DNA of 64,000 nucleotides from an uncultured delta proteobacterium (GTDB lineage: Bacteria; Myxococcota_A; Polyangia; Polyangiales; JAFGIB01): the NCBI GenBank assembly GCA_963778655.1, contig CAVZVA010000009.1, positions 640,001-704,000 of the forward strand, in the 5' to 3' direction. The notes beneath the pieces are model-generated. The model made no database searches. It had not been told where the DNA came from and saw only the letters and a list, made by a program, of their open reading frames with translations. The translations under genes and the position numbers were made by a program. Of the stretch, positions 49,685 through 62,609 are shown in pieces (position 1 is the first letter of the stretch; the number at the start of each line of letters is the position of its first letter).

Positions 49685-49855
49685 GACGGGTTTACAGCAC
49701 GGCCGTGAACAGTCCTGCCTGCCAGCCGAGCCACGCTGCGCTCGCGGCGGCGCACGCCGCGAGCAACAGCGCAGCGCACAGCCGGGCCGGGCTCAGCCGG
49801 AGGCTGCGAGCGGGCCGCCCATCGGCCCCGAGGATGACCAACGTGAGACGCACGC

Positions 49856-50272
49856 TCAGCTGCTCGTTGCGAACGGGGCCGGACGTTGGGTAGGCGTGCG
49901 GTTCGTGCCATTGAGCTCGACCGCAGCCTTGCGCTCGTCGCCGTCGCCGTGCAGAGCCTGCCCGTCGATTACCGCCCCGCGGTCAACCTGCAAGGTGCCG
50001 TATTGCACCTCGCCGTGAACGCTGCCGCTGGAAGCGACGTGCAGGTGCTTCTTCGCGGTGACCTTGCCGTCGACGCGGCCCGCGACCACCAAGTCGTCGG
50101 CTATGAGCTCGCCCATCACGCGGCCGTTGGGGCCGACCGACACGTGGCCCTCGACCTCGAGCGTGCCGTCGATGGTTCCGTCGATCTGAATGCGTCCGCT
50201 GGCTTTGACATGACCTTCGATGGTCGCGCCGCGACCGATGACCGTGGGGTCAGCTGGTTTGCTCCCAAACAT
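49856..50272 (-). CDS. Bactofilin (polymer-forming cytoskeletal protein)
   Basis: MFGSK membrane-targeting-like start; TVIGRGATIEG..IQIDGTIDG beta-helix repeats. Confidence 0.92.
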   Translation of the reverse strand: MFGSKPADPTVIGRGATIEGHVKASGRIQIDGTIDGTLEVEGHVSVGPNGRVMGELIADDLVVAGRVDGKVTAKKHLHVASSGSVHGEVQYGTLQVDRGAVIDGQALHGDGDERKAAVELNGTNRTPTQRPAPFATSS

Positions 50273-50473
50273 GAAACACCTCCCGAGTAATTTTCATGAG
50301 ATAACAATCATACAGCATTAGTGTTACTCGGGAAGAGGAAAGCGCAATCCCGGATCGACTCGGGTGCGCAGCTGTGGGGACGGCGGGACCCCGGCGAGCA
50401 CACGGAACGCGCTCGGCACGATCTCATAACGGCATGAGATTACTTGCGAATCTTGTGCAGAACCGGGAGCGCC

Positions 50474-51094
50474 CTAGAACACGCGGTCGAGCGCCAGCGT
50501 GAGCACCAAGCGGCCTTCCCGGATCTCCAGCGCGCGCGGGTGGAGCGCTTCTATCAGGGCCGCCGGCAGCCGTTGCCGCAGGGCCCAGCGCACCTCGGGC
50601 ACGCCGCGCAGGTCCACGAACAGCGTGGCGTGCTCGCGGCTGACCACGACGCTTCCCGGCTCCGAGCGCGGCGCGCGCGCCAGCGCCGTCCGCCACAGCC
50701 CGCGCGCAATCTCGGTGGCGATCGCAGCCATCACTTCCTGCCCGCGCGGCTCGAGCGCGCTCTGCTCCGGCTCCACCGCGAAGCTCAGCTCCTTGGCACC
50801 GCCGGGTGCGAACGCCATGCCCGCGGGCGCCAGCGTCATCGCCAGGCGCTTGCCGTCGTCGAAGCTCGCGTCCACGCGCAACTTGCCGCGGCCGCTGCTG
50901 ACGGTGGCGGCCACCATTCCGGGCAGGCGCGCCACCGCGCGCGTCAGCTGCGCGTCGCCGATCGCGATCCGCACCGGGCTGACCTCGCTCAGCACGCGCT
51001 GCAGCGCAGTAGACAGCGGCAGCCCGCGCACGCCGGCTCCCGCGGAGCGCGCGGTGCTGCGCAGCAGGCTCTTGAGCACGTCGAGCCGGCTCAT
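50474..51094 (-). CDS. Hypothetical protein
   Basis: Starts 7 bp downstream of the radical SAM gene on the same strand. Confidence 0.6.
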   Translation of the reverse strand: MSRLDVLKSLLRSTARSAGAGVRGLPLSTALQRVLSEVSPVRIAIGDAQLTRAVARLPGMVAATVSSGRGKLRVDASFDDGKRLAMTLAPAGMAFAPGGAKELSFAVEPEQSALEPRGQEVMAAIATEIARGLWRTALARAPRSEPGSVVVSREHATLFVDLRGVPEVRWALRQRLPAALIEALHPRALEIREGRLVLTLALDRVF

Positions 51095-51101
51095 GGCCGC
51101 T

Positions 51102-53936
<2,835 letters not shown>

Positions 53937-54025
53937 GGCAACCCGATGCTCTGCGGCATCCCCACCCGCCTGTCAACCGCCGCAGCGCGCGGCCGCTCCG
54001 AAGCCAACCGGACGGCGCCGCGCGC

Positions 54026-54949
54026 TCAGTAGAAGTAATAGATGGCCGCGACCGCGGCGCGGAAGATGTCCCAGGGGCTGCCGTCGACGCCGGTGGCGAA
54101 GTCGGTCTGGCTCTGATCGAAGGTGGTCGAGGTGGCGCCGACCGGCGTCTTGGCGCTGCGCGACTCGTGGCGCAGCATCAGCCCCAGCGTGCCCTGTAGC
54201 GAGAGCTGGGGCAGCCCCATGAAGCCGAAGTGAATCTCCGCGCCGGCCTTGCCGCCGATCTCGAGCATCCAGCCCGAGACGTCGGTCGAGGCGGTGATGC
54301 CCGCGACCGTGGACTTGTACGAGCCGCTGGCGAAACCCACGTTGAGCATCGGCACCAGCTCGAACACGAAGTGTCCGCTGTGCGCCAGCGCCAGCGGCAC
54401 GCCGCCGTGCAGCGCGAGCCCGAAGGCGGAGGTGTCGACGGCGCCGACCGAGCCGCTCGAGATGTCCAGGCCGAGCCCGCCCTCGATCCCGAGCATGTCG
54501 CTGAGCCAGTAGCGCAGGCCGATGGTCGGCGCGGGCAGCGAGTTGGTGAAATCGTCGTTGCAGGGCGGGAAGCCCATGCCGCACCCCATGATCGGCACGC
54601 TCATCACGCCGAAGAAGCCGATGCCGAAGTGGCCCACGGCGGCGCTGTGATCGTCGTTGCCCGCCAGCATCGGACCGCTGGTCGTGGCCGGGTCCTCGCT
54701 GGGCGCGGCGGCTGCCGGCTGGCTCGAGGGGCCGCTGCTCTGGGTCTGAGCCTGGGCTGCGGCCTGAGGCTGCGACTGGCTGCTGGCCTGTGCGCCCGCG
54801 CCGAATTGCGCACCGAAGTTGCCCCCGGACTGGCTCGGCGCCGACACGTCGCCAGCTTCGGGGTTGGCTTGAGCTTGGGCCGCGCCGGCGCTCGACAGCG
54901 CTGTGGCGCAGATCAGGCCGATCCATGCGGGGATGTTCTTGTTCTGCAT
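54026..54949 (-). CDS. Exported outer-membrane beta-barrel-like protein
   Basis: Signal peptide, low-complexity linker, amphipathic strands, terminal aromatic YYFY. Confidence 0.7.
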   Translation of the reverse strand: MQNKNIPAWIGLICATALSSAGAAQAQANPEAGDVSAPSQSGGNFGAQFGAGAQASSQSQPQAAAQAQTQSSGPSSQPAAAAPSEDPATTSGPMLAGNDDHSAAVGHFGIGFFGVMSVPIMGCGMGFPPCNDDFTNSLPAPTIGLRYWLSDMLGIEGGLGLDISSGSVGAVDTSAFGLALHGGVPLALAHSGHFVFELVPMLNVGFASGSYKSTVAGITASTDVSGWMLEIGGKAGAEIHFGFMGLPQLSLQGTLGLMLRHESRSAKTPVGATSTTFDQSQTDFATGVDGSPWDIFRAAVAAIYYFY

Positions 54950-55242
54950 CGGTCCGCCTCCGCGTTGCACCCGGGCCAGGCCCCGGGCTGACGAGTCGCG
55001 CCGTCCTATCACAGCGCGGGCCGCGGCGGGACCGGGGACGCTTTGTTTCCAGTCGTAGACCTGGTCGTGCGTTCAGTTTTCGCACGATTGCCCGCAGGGC
55101 CTCCACGGGGTGCTTGACGGGCAAAACCCGCGGACCCTAAATACCGCGTACAGAGCTTTCGAAAATTCGTGAAAGCTCGCAGACACGCGGCACAGGCAAG
55201 CCGGGCCGGACCACGGGCCGGCCTCAGGGACGCGACCGGCTC

Positions 55243-56016
55243 ATGGCTGCAGACGACGTTTCCATCGCCGACGCCCGCCCGGCCGAAGTCCGGCTGGTGC
55301 CCGAGCTCGCAGCGCGCGCGCCCGCGCTGGCCGGCACACACGCGCTGGCGGTGCGCGGGATGTTCGATCGCATCTCGCCCACCTACGACCTGCTCAATCG
55401 CTTGCTCTCGTGGGGCATCGACCGGCGCTGGCGCGCGCGCACGCTCTCGGTGCTGCAGGCGCTCGCGCCCGAGGGCCCGCTGCTCGATTCGTGCGCCGGC
55501 ACGCTCGACCTGACCGCCGCCATGCAGCAGCGCTGGCCGGCGCGGCCGCTGCTGGCCGCGGACTTTTCGCGCGAGATGCTCTCCGCCGGGCGTGCCAAGC
55601 TGCGCGGCAGCGCGTTGCCCGTGGTCTGCGACGCGCTGCACCTGCCGTTCGCGGATGCAAGCTTCGCCGGCATGACCTGCGGCTTCGGCCTGCGCAACCT
55701 GTCCGACCCGCTGCGCGGGCTGCAGGAAGCGCAGCGCGTGCTCAAACCTGGCGGCGTGCTGGTGGTGCTCGAGCTGCTGCGGCCGACACGGCTGCCGACG
55801 CGGCTGTTTCACGCCTTCTACGGGCGCGGCTTGCTACCGCTGGTCGGACGCGTGGTCTCCGGCGACGCCGAGGCGTATCGCTACCTCTCGCGCTCGATGC
55901 GCGGCTTCCTGTCGCGGCCCGAGCTGGAGCAGGCGATGAAGCACGCGGGTTTCGCGCAAGTGGGCGGGGTCGATCTCAGCCTGGGCGTGGCCTCGCTGGT
56001 GTGGGGGGTCAAGTGA
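55243..56016 (+). CDS. menG: Demethylmenaquinone methyltransferase
   Basis: MFDRISPTYDLLNRLLSWGID, GTLD, FGLRN, RVLKPGG. Confidence 0.9.
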   Translation: MAADDVSIADARPAEVRLVPELAARAPALAGTHALAVRGMFDRISPTYDLLNRLLSWGIDRRWRARTLSVLQALAPEGPLLDSCAGTLDLTAAMQQRWPARPLLAADFSREMLSAGRAKLRGSALPVVCDALHLPFADASFAGMTCGFGLRNLSDPLRGLQEAQRVLKPGGVLVVLELLRPTRLPTRLFHAFYGRGLLPLVGRVVSGDAEAYRYLSRSMRGFLSRPELEQAMKHAGFAQVGGVDLSLGVASLVWGVK

Positions 56017-56624
56017 GACGGCTGCTGGTCGCGATCAGCGGCGCGTCGGGCGCGCCCTACGCGCGGCGCCTGCTGCGCGTGCTCACGCACAGCGACTTCG
56101 GCGTGCGGCTCGAGGTCTCGCTGGTGCTCTCGCGCACCGCCGAGCAGGTGTGGGCGCACGAGTGCGGCGGGTCGCCGCGCGACCTCGGCCTGCCGACCTA
56201 CGGCGGCCGCGACTACGCCGCCCCTTTCGCCAGCGGCTCCTCGGCCGCAGACGCGATGGTGGTGGTGCCGGCGTCGATGTCGTGCGTCGCGCGCATTGCG
56301 CACGGCATCAGCGACGACCTGCTGACGCGCGCCGCCGACGTGATGCTCAAGGAGCGGCGGCCGCTGTTGCTGGTGCCGCGCGAGACGCCGTATTCGGCGA
56401 TCCATCTGGAGAACATGCTGGCGCTGACCCGCGCCGGCGCGCTGATCTTGCCGGCCTCGCCCTCGTTCTACGGCAGGCCGGCCAGCATCGACGACCTGCT
56501 CGACAGCGTGCTCTCGCGCGTGCTCGATCAGCTCGGCCTGCCCAACGCGCTGTGCCGCCGTTGGGCGCAAGACGTGACGCTCGAGCCGGCGGTGCAACCC
56601 GCGCCGGTAGAAAGAGAGGAGTGA
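56013..56624 (+). CDS. ubiX: Flavin prenyltransferase
   Basis: GTG start; ISGASGAPY, FASGS, RAADVMLKERR, RETP, PASPSFY. Confidence 0.93.
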   Translation: MRRLLVAISGASGAPYARRLLRVLTHSDFGVRLEVSLVLSRTAEQVWAHECGGSPRDLGLPTYGGRDYAAPFASGSSAADAMVVVPASMSCVARIAHGISDDLLTRAADVMLKERRPLLLVPRETPYSAIHLENMLALTRAGALILPASPSFYGRPASIDDLLDSVLSRVLDQLGLPNALCRRWAQDVTLEPAVQPAPVEREE

Positions 56625-56627
56625 GCC

Positions 56628-57167
56628 ATGGGACGTCTGGCGACCGCGGCGATCGAGCGAGCGGGCCTCGCTGCGCTGCAGCAAAGGGCTCTGCAGGGGC
56701 AGGGTCTGTGCGCCGAGGATCTGGCGCGCCTGCGCGAGACCGACACGCTGGTGCTGGCGGCGCTGGCCGACGGCGTGCGCGAGCAGCACCGCGGCGACGA
56801 GGTGAGGCTGCTCGGCAGCGAGGCCGCGCGGCGCGCGCACGATCTGGTGGCGCTCGAGCTGGACGCCGGCGGCGCAGACGGGCCGACCGGGGAGGAGCTG
56901 CTGCGCGAGGTCGCGCTGGCGCGCCTGCGCGTTGCCTGCGACCAGGGCATCGGGCTCAGCTTCGACCGGCTGGGGCTGGAGCTCGCGCAGACGGCGCTCG
57001 CATTTGGAGCCGACGCCCTGTTTGGCGACTTCGCGCGCGCGCGCGTGCTGCCGCTGCTGGACGGACCGGCCGCCCGGCGCGTCGAGATCACGGGTCTGAT
57101 CGAGCGCGCTGGCCGGCGCGTGCGCTGGGTGGACGCCAGCGCCGCCACGCTGTGGAGCCGCTCATGA
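56628..57167 (+). CDS. Miniature MqnE/MqnC-like protein lacking the radical SAM core
   Basis: LAALADGVRE..GD and PTGEELLREVALARL..LAQTALAFGADAL parallel the N- and C-ends of MqnE; no CxxxCxxC. Confidence 0.7.
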   Translation: MGRLATAAIERAGLAALQQRALQGQGLCAEDLARLRETDTLVLAALADGVREQHRGDEVRLLGSEAARRAHDLVALELDAGGADGPTGEELLREVALARLRVACDQGIGLSFDRLGLELAQTALAFGADALFGDFARARVLPLLDGPAARRVEITGLIERAGRRVRWVDASAATLWSRS

Positions 57168-58327
57168 AAGCGCTCGATCGCGTCGCAGACAAGCTCGGGG
57201 CCGGCGAGCGGCTCGACTTCGAGGATGGGGTGGCGCTGTTCATGCAGCCCGATCTGCTGCGCCTGGGTCAGCTCGCCAACGGGGTGCGCGAGCGCATGCA
57301 CGGCGATCGCACTTACTTCAACGTCAACATGCGGCTCGAGGTCACCAACGTGTGCGGCGCCTCGTGCAGCTTCTGCGCATTCGCGAAGCTGCAGGAGGGC
57401 GCGCCCGGCGCGCGCACCATGAGTCACGAGCAGGCCTGGCGCGAGCTGGCCGAGCACCCCGACCCCAAGCTGCGCGAGCTGCACATGGTCAACGGCCTGC
57501 ACCCGGACCTGCCGTTCGAGTGGTACGAGCAGCTGCTGCGCGGCTTCAAACGCGTGCGGCCCGAGGTGCACCTCAAGTGCTTCACCGCGGTCGAGATCCA
57601 CTTCTTCGCCGAGAAGTTCGGCCTCAGCTACGAGCAGGTGCTGACACGGCTGCGCGCTGCGGGGCTCGGCTCGCTGCCCGGCGGCGGCGCGGAGATCTTC
57701 CATCCCGAGGTGCGCGCGCGGATCGCGCCCGACAAGGCCACCGGCGATCAGTACCTCGAGGTGCACCGCGCGGCGCACGCGCTCGGCATGCCCACCAACG
57801 CCACCATGCTGTACGGGCACATCGAGACCTTCGAGCACCGCGTCGACCACCTGCTGCGCCTGCGCGCGCTGCAGGACCAGACCTCGGGCCTGCAGTGCTT
57901 CATCCCGCTGGCGTTCCACAACGAGAACAACAGCCTGCAGAAGCTGCCCGAGCCGACCGCGGTCGATGACCTGCGCACGATCGCGGTCAGCCGGCTGCTG
58001 CTCGACAACGTGCCGCACGTCAAGGCGTACTGGGTGTCGATGGGCGTGGAGACCGCGCAGGTGGCGCTGCGCTTCGGCGCCGACGATCTCGACGGGACCA
58101 TCGTGCACGAGACCATCTACCATTCAGCGGGCAGCCGCGTGCCGATGGGAATGACGCGCGAGCAGCTGGTGCGCCTGATCCGCGAGGCCGGACGGTTGCC
58201 GGTCGAGCGCGACACCCAGTACCGCGTGATCGAGGAGCTGGCGCCGGCGAGCGCGCCGGAAGCGGCGATGAAGGTGCGCCAGCGCAACGCCGAGCGCAGG
58301 CGACTGACGCTACACGACCGATCGTGA
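57164..58327 (+). CDS. mqnE: Aminofutalosine synthase
   Basis: TNVCGASCSFC, HMVNGLHP, FTAVEI, PGGGAE, NATMLYGHIE, HVKAYW. Confidence 0.92.
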   Translation: MKALDRVADKLGAGERLDFEDGVALFMQPDLLRLGQLANGVRERMHGDRTYFNVNMRLEVTNVCGASCSFCAFAKLQEGAPGARTMSHEQAWRELAEHPDPKLRELHMVNGLHPDLPFEWYEQLLRGFKRVRPEVHLKCFTAVEIHFFAEKFGLSYEQVLTRLRAAGLGSLPGGGAEIFHPEVRARIAPDKATGDQYLEVHRAAHALGMPTNATMLYGHIETFEHRVDHLLRLRALQDQTSGLQCFIPLAFHNENNSLQKLPEPTAVDDLRTIAVSRLLLDNVPHVKAYWVSMGVETAQVALRFGADDLDGTIVHETIYHSAGSRVPMGMTREQLVRLIREAGRLPVERDTQYRVIEELAPASAPEAAMKVRQRNAERRRLTLHDRS

Positions 58328-58503
58328 TTGGGAACAGTCGAATGACCATCGGTCATCTAATCTGCGGCGGAGCCGCACCTCGCGAGAAAGTGAATGCGCC
58401 AGGCTTTGCCTCGCGCACAGGGAGTCGGCGCGACTTCCGGATGATCAAAGGAGAAATCAGCGCGCGCGATTCGAATCGCGCAGGCTGATTTCGGGAGCTG
58501 AGC

Positions 58504-60468
58504 ATGCAGGGCACGCACAAGAAGGGGCTGGTTCAGAACCGCTATCGCACGCTGCCGCCGCCGGAGAGCAGCGGGCGGCTGCGCCTGTGCGGCGTGAGTT
58601 ACCTCAACGCGCAACCGTTGTTGCACGGCTTGCTGCAGGGCCTGGGTGAGGAGCGCATGCACCTCGTGCTGGCGCCGCCGGCCGAGCTGAGCCGGCGCTT
58701 GCTCGAGGACGAGGCGGACGCGGGGTTGGCGCCGGTCGCGGTGCTGGCCAACCACGGCGGCCTGGAGCTGGTGCCGGAGGTCGCGATCGGCTGCGACGGG
58801 CCGGTGCGCTCGGTCAAGATCGTGGGCGAGGTGCCGCTCGAGCAGATGGAGGAGTTGCTGCTGGACGCCTCCAGCCGCACGTCGGTGGTGCTGGCGCGGT
58901 TGATCGCCAAGGAGCGCTGTGCGGGTCGCGAGCCGCGCTACTGCAGCAAGCCGCCCGACGAGATCGTGCGGGAGGTGGGCGGCAAGGTGGGCGGGCTGTT
59001 GATCGGCGATCCGGCGCTGGAGGTCGAGGGGCGCTTCCCCTACGAGCTGGATCTGGGGCAGGCCTGGAAGGAGCTGACCGGCTTGCCGTTCGTGTTCGCG
59101 GTGTGGGTGGCGCGGCCGGGGCTGCTCAGCGCGCGCGACGTGCTGCTGCTGCACGGCTCGCTGGCGGCGGGGCTTTCGGAGCGCGAGAAGATCGCGCAAG
59201 CCTGGGCGCGGGGGCGCGGCGGGCAGGCCCAGAGCCATCTGTCGTACATGACGCAGTCGATCCGCTACCAGCTCGACGCGCGGGCGCTCGAGGGGCTGCG
59301 CGAGTTCTTGCGGCGCGCGGCCGAGCACAAGCTGCTGCCGCCCGCGGAGCTGCGCTTCGTCGGACGGGCAGAGCAGACGGCGCCGGTGCCGCACCGCGCG
59401 GGCATCGACGAGCTGCTGGAGTACGCCGCGGCCGGCGGGCGACTCTCGTTCGAGGACGCGATGCGGCTGGGCGCGCGGGCGCCGCTGCACGAGCTGGGCC
59501 TGGCCGCGGACGCGCGGCGCAAGGCGCTGCACCCCGACCAGGTCGTCACCTACATCGTCGACCGCAACATCAACTACACCAACGTGTGCACCACGTCGTG
59601 CAGGTTCTGCGCATTCTACCGGCCGGTGGGACACGCCGAGGGCTACGTGCTCTCGCGCGGGCAGCTGGCGCAGAAGATCGAGGAGACGGTGGCCGCCGGC
59701 GGCGTGCAGATCCTGCTGCAGGGCGGGCTCAATCCGGCCTTGCACCTGGAGTGGTACGAGGATCTGTTCCGCTGGATGAAGCAGAGCTTCCCGATCAAGC
59801 TGCACGCGCTCAGCCCGGAGGAGATCTGGCACCTGGTGCGGATCGAGGATCTGTCGGTGGAAGAGGTGCTGCGCCGGCTGCGCGCGGCCGGCATGGACTC
59901 GCTGCCCGGCGGTGGCGCTGAGGTGCTGACCGACCGGGTGCGGCGCAAGATCGCCAAGGCCAAGTGCACCAGTGCCGAGTGGCTGGAGGTGATGCGGGTC
60001 GCCCATCGCATCGGCATGCGCACCACGGCCACGATGATGTTCGGCACCGCCGACACGCTCGAGGACCGCGTGCTGCACATGCTCAAGGTGCGCGACCTGC
60101 AGGACGAGACCTCCGGCTTCACCGCGTTCATCTGCTGGGACTACCAGCACGAGCAAGGCACGCGCGCGGTGGCGGGCGAGACCGGCACCGTGCTGTACCT
60201 GCGCACGCAGGCGCTGAGCCGGCTGGTGCTCGACAACGTGGAGAACATCCAGACCTCGTGGGTGACGCAGGGTCCGGGCGTCGGCCAGCTCGGGCTGCGC
60301 TACGGCGCCAACGACATGGGCAGCACCATGTTCGAGGAGAACGTGGTGTCGTCCGCGGGCACCACCTTCGGCATGGACGCGCAGCAGATCGAGCGCCACG
60401 CGCGTGCCAGCGGCTTCAAGGTCGCGCGCCGCAACATGCGCTACGAGCGCCTGACCGTGCCGGCGTGA
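58504..60468 (+). CDS. mqnC: Fusion of chorismate dehydratase MqnA and cyclic dehypoxanthine futalosine synthase MqnC
   Basis: N-part SYLNAQPL, SSRTS, LLIGDPAL, TGLPFVFAVW; C-part DRNINYTNVCTTSCRFC, QTSWVTQG, GSTMFEENVV. Confidence 0.92.
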   Translation: MQGTHKKGLVQNRYRTLPPPESSGRLRLCGVSYLNAQPLLHGLLQGLGEERMHLVLAPPAELSRRLLEDEADAGLAPVAVLANHGGLELVPEVAIGCDGPVRSVKIVGEVPLEQMEELLLDASSRTSVVLARLIAKERCAGREPRYCSKPPDEIVREVGGKVGGLLIGDPALEVEGRFPYELDLGQAWKELTGLPFVFAVWVARPGLLSARDVLLLHGSLAAGLSEREKIAQAWARGRGGQAQSHLSYMTQSIRYQLDARALEGLREFLRRAAEHKLLPPAELRFVGRAEQTAPVPHRAGIDELLEYAAAGGRLSFEDAMRLGARAPLHELGLAADARRKALHPDQVVTYIVDRNINYTNVCTTSCRFCAFYRPVGHAEGYVLSRGQLAQKIEETVAAGGVQILLQGGLNPALHLEWYEDLFRWMKQSFPIKLHALSPEEIWHLVRIEDLSVEEVLRRLRAAGMDSLPGGGAEVLTDRVRRKIAKAKCTSAEWLEVMRVAHRIGMRTTATMMFGTADTLEDRVLHMLKVRDLQDETSGFTAFICWDYQHEQGTRAVAGETGTVLYLRTQALSRLVLDNVENIQTSWVTQGPGVGQLGLRYGANDMGSTMFEENVVSSAGTTFGMDAQQIERHARASGFKVARRNMRYERLTVPA

Positions 60469-60475
60469 GCTTGCG

Positions 60476-61732
60476 ATGCGGGCGATCGCGGGCAGCTGGT
60501 TGATCACGGGCGATGCGGCGCAGGCGCCGATCGCGGGCGGCGCGCTGGTGCTCGACGGCGACGGGCGCGTGCTCGCGGTGGGCGAGCAGGAAGCGTTGCG
60601 AGCGCGCTACCCGCAGCTGCCCTGGGAGCGGCACCGGGCGGTGCTGCTGCCCGGGCTGGTCAACGCGCACACGCACCTGGAGCTGTCGGCGTTGAGCGGG
60701 CAGGTGCCCGGCGGCAGCGGCTTCGGGCCGTGGGTGACGGCGCTGATGCAACAGCGCGAACGCTGCGCGCCCGAGCGCGACGAGCAGGCGATCGAGGCTG
60801 GGGTTTCGGCGCTGCTCGCCGCCGGCACCGCAGCGGTCGGCGAGGTCAGCAACACGCTGGCCGCGGTGCCGGCGCTCGCGTCCGCGCCGCTGTGGGGGTC
60901 GGTCTTCCACGAGATCGCGGGCCTACGCCGCGACGGCGGCGAGGCCAAGCTGGCCCAGGCCGAGGCGCGCCGCCGCGAGCTCGGCGCGTGGCCGGCGCAG
61001 CTGCGCTACGCGCCCGCGGCGCACACGCCCTACACCGTGCACCCTCAGATCGTGCGCGAGATCCTGCGCCGCGCGCGCGAGCTCGGCGCGCGCAGCTCGC
61101 TGCACCTGTGTGAGCACGCGGCCGAGCGCGCGTACCTCGCCAGCGGCGCCGGCCCGGTCGCGGATTTCTTCGCCGCGCTCGGGGTCGCAGCGCCCGACTG
61201 GAGCGTGCCGGGCATCGACCCGGTGCGCTATGCGGCCGAGCTGGGCGCACTGTCGCCGGACGTGCTGTGCGTGCATTTGACCGACGCGCGGCCCGACGAG
61301 CTGGCCGCGGTTGCCGGCGCCGGCGCGCCGGTCGTGCTGTGCCCGCGCAGCAATCTCCACATCGAGCTCAGGCTGCCGCCGCTGCCGGCGATGCTCGAGC
61401 TCGGCCTGCGGCCGGCGCTCGGCACCGATTCGCTGGCCTCGAGCCCCAGCCTGGACGTGCTGCAGGAGGCGCGCGCGCTCGCGCATCGCTTCGCGGCGGT
61501 GCCGGCGCGCACGTTGATCGCCATGGCCACCAGCTACGGCGCCGAGGCGCTCGGCCTGCAGCAAGAGGTGGGCCGGCTCGCGCCCGGGCTGGCGCCGGGG
61601 GTGCTGGCGTTCGAGCACGCCGAGCCGGCGCCCTCCGACCCGGAGCGCTTCGTGCTCTCGGGAGCGGCCTCGCGCAGGCAGATGCTGGCGCGGCCGGACT
61701 TGCGCCGCACCCGGCCAAGGGAGGCTGCATGA
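60476..61732 (+). CDS. Amidohydrolase; probable aminofutalosine deaminase
   Basis: NAHTHLE, HTPYT, HLCE, CPRSN, GTDSLASS; operon context. Confidence 0.8.
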   Translation: MRAIAGSWLITGDAAQAPIAGGALVLDGDGRVLAVGEQEALRARYPQLPWERHRAVLLPGLVNAHTHLELSALSGQVPGGSGFGPWVTALMQQRERCAPERDEQAIEAGVSALLAAGTAAVGEVSNTLAAVPALASAPLWGSVFHEIAGLRRDGGEAKLAQAEARRRELGAWPAQLRYAPAAHTPYTVHPQIVREILRRARELGARSSLHLCEHAAERAYLASGAGPVADFFAALGVAAPDWSVPGIDPVRYAAELGALSPDVLCVHLTDARPDELAAVAGAGAPVVLCPRSNLHIELRLPPLPAMLELGLRPALGTDSLASSPSLDVLQEARALAHRFAAVPARTLIAMATSYGAEALGLQQEVGRLAPGLAPGVLAFEHAEPAPSDPERFVLSGAASRRQMLARPDLRRTRPREAA

Positions 61733-61745
61733 GGGAGGACAGGCC

Positions 61746-62609
61746 ATGAGCATTGCGCGCTCGCTCGCGACCTACTCGTCGCTGGTCAAGCTCAGCCACA
61801 CGGTGTTCGCGCTGCCGTTCGCGCTGGCGGCGGTGGTGCTGGCCTCGCGCTACGCGCCGGTCACGCTGCAGAAGGTCGCGCTGATCGCGCTGTGCATCGC
61901 CTGCGCGCGCACCGCCGCGATGGCCTTCAACCGCCTGATCGATCGCGAGATCGACAGGCGAAACCCGCGCACGCGCGAGCGCGAGCTGCCGCGCGGGGTG
62001 CTGAGCGTGCCCGCGGTGCGGCTGTTGGTGCTGGGCTCGTCGGCGCTGTTCGTGGCCGGCGCCGCCATGCTGGGCAGGCTGCCGCTCTTGCTCTCGCCGC
62101 TCGCGCTGGGACTGGCGCTCGGCTATTCGTACACGAAGCGCTTCACTTCGCTGTGCCACGTGGTGCTGGGGCTGGCGGTGGCGTTCGCGCCGGGCGGGGC
62201 CTGGATCGCGATGGGCGCGCCGGTGACGCCGGCGCCGCTGCTGCTGGTGCTGGGCGTGGCCTGCTGGGTGGCGGGCTTCGACGTGCTCTACTCGCTGCAG
62301 GACGTCGGCTTCGACACGCAGCAGGCGCTGCACTCGATTCCGGTGCGGCTGGGCGTGCGCGGCGCGCTATGGGCGAGCGCGCTGCTGCACGTGGTCACGG
62401 CCGGCTGTCTGCTTGCGGTGGGGCTGCTGCTCGGGCGCGGCGCTGGCTACTTCGCCGGGGTCGGGCTGGTGGCGCTGCTGCTCGGCTACGAGCACGCGAT
62501 CGTGCGCCCGGGCGATCTCTCGCGCATCGACAAGGCCTTCTTCGATCTGAACGGCTACGTGAGCCTGGGCTTCTTCGTCTGCGTGCTGGCCGACCAGGTG
62601 CTCGGGTAG
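61746..62609 (+). CDS. mqnP: UbiA-like polyprenyltransferase (MqnP type)
   Basis: HTVFALPF, NRLIDREIDRRNPRT, YSYTKRFT, GFDVLYSLQD. Confidence 0.88.
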   Translation: MSIARSLATYSSLVKLSHTVFALPFALAAVVLASRYAPVTLQKVALIALCIACARTAAMAFNRLIDREIDRRNPRTRERELPRGVLSVPAVRLLVLGSSALFVAGAAMLGRLPLLLSPLALGLALGYSYTKRFTSLCHVVLGLAVAFAPGGAWIAMGAPVTPAPLLLVLGVACWVAGFDVLYSLQDVGFDTQQALHSIPVRLGVRGALWASALLHVVTAGCLLAVGLLLGRGAGYFAGVGLVALLLGYEHAIVRPGDLSRIDKAFFDLNGYVSLGFFVCVLADQVLG

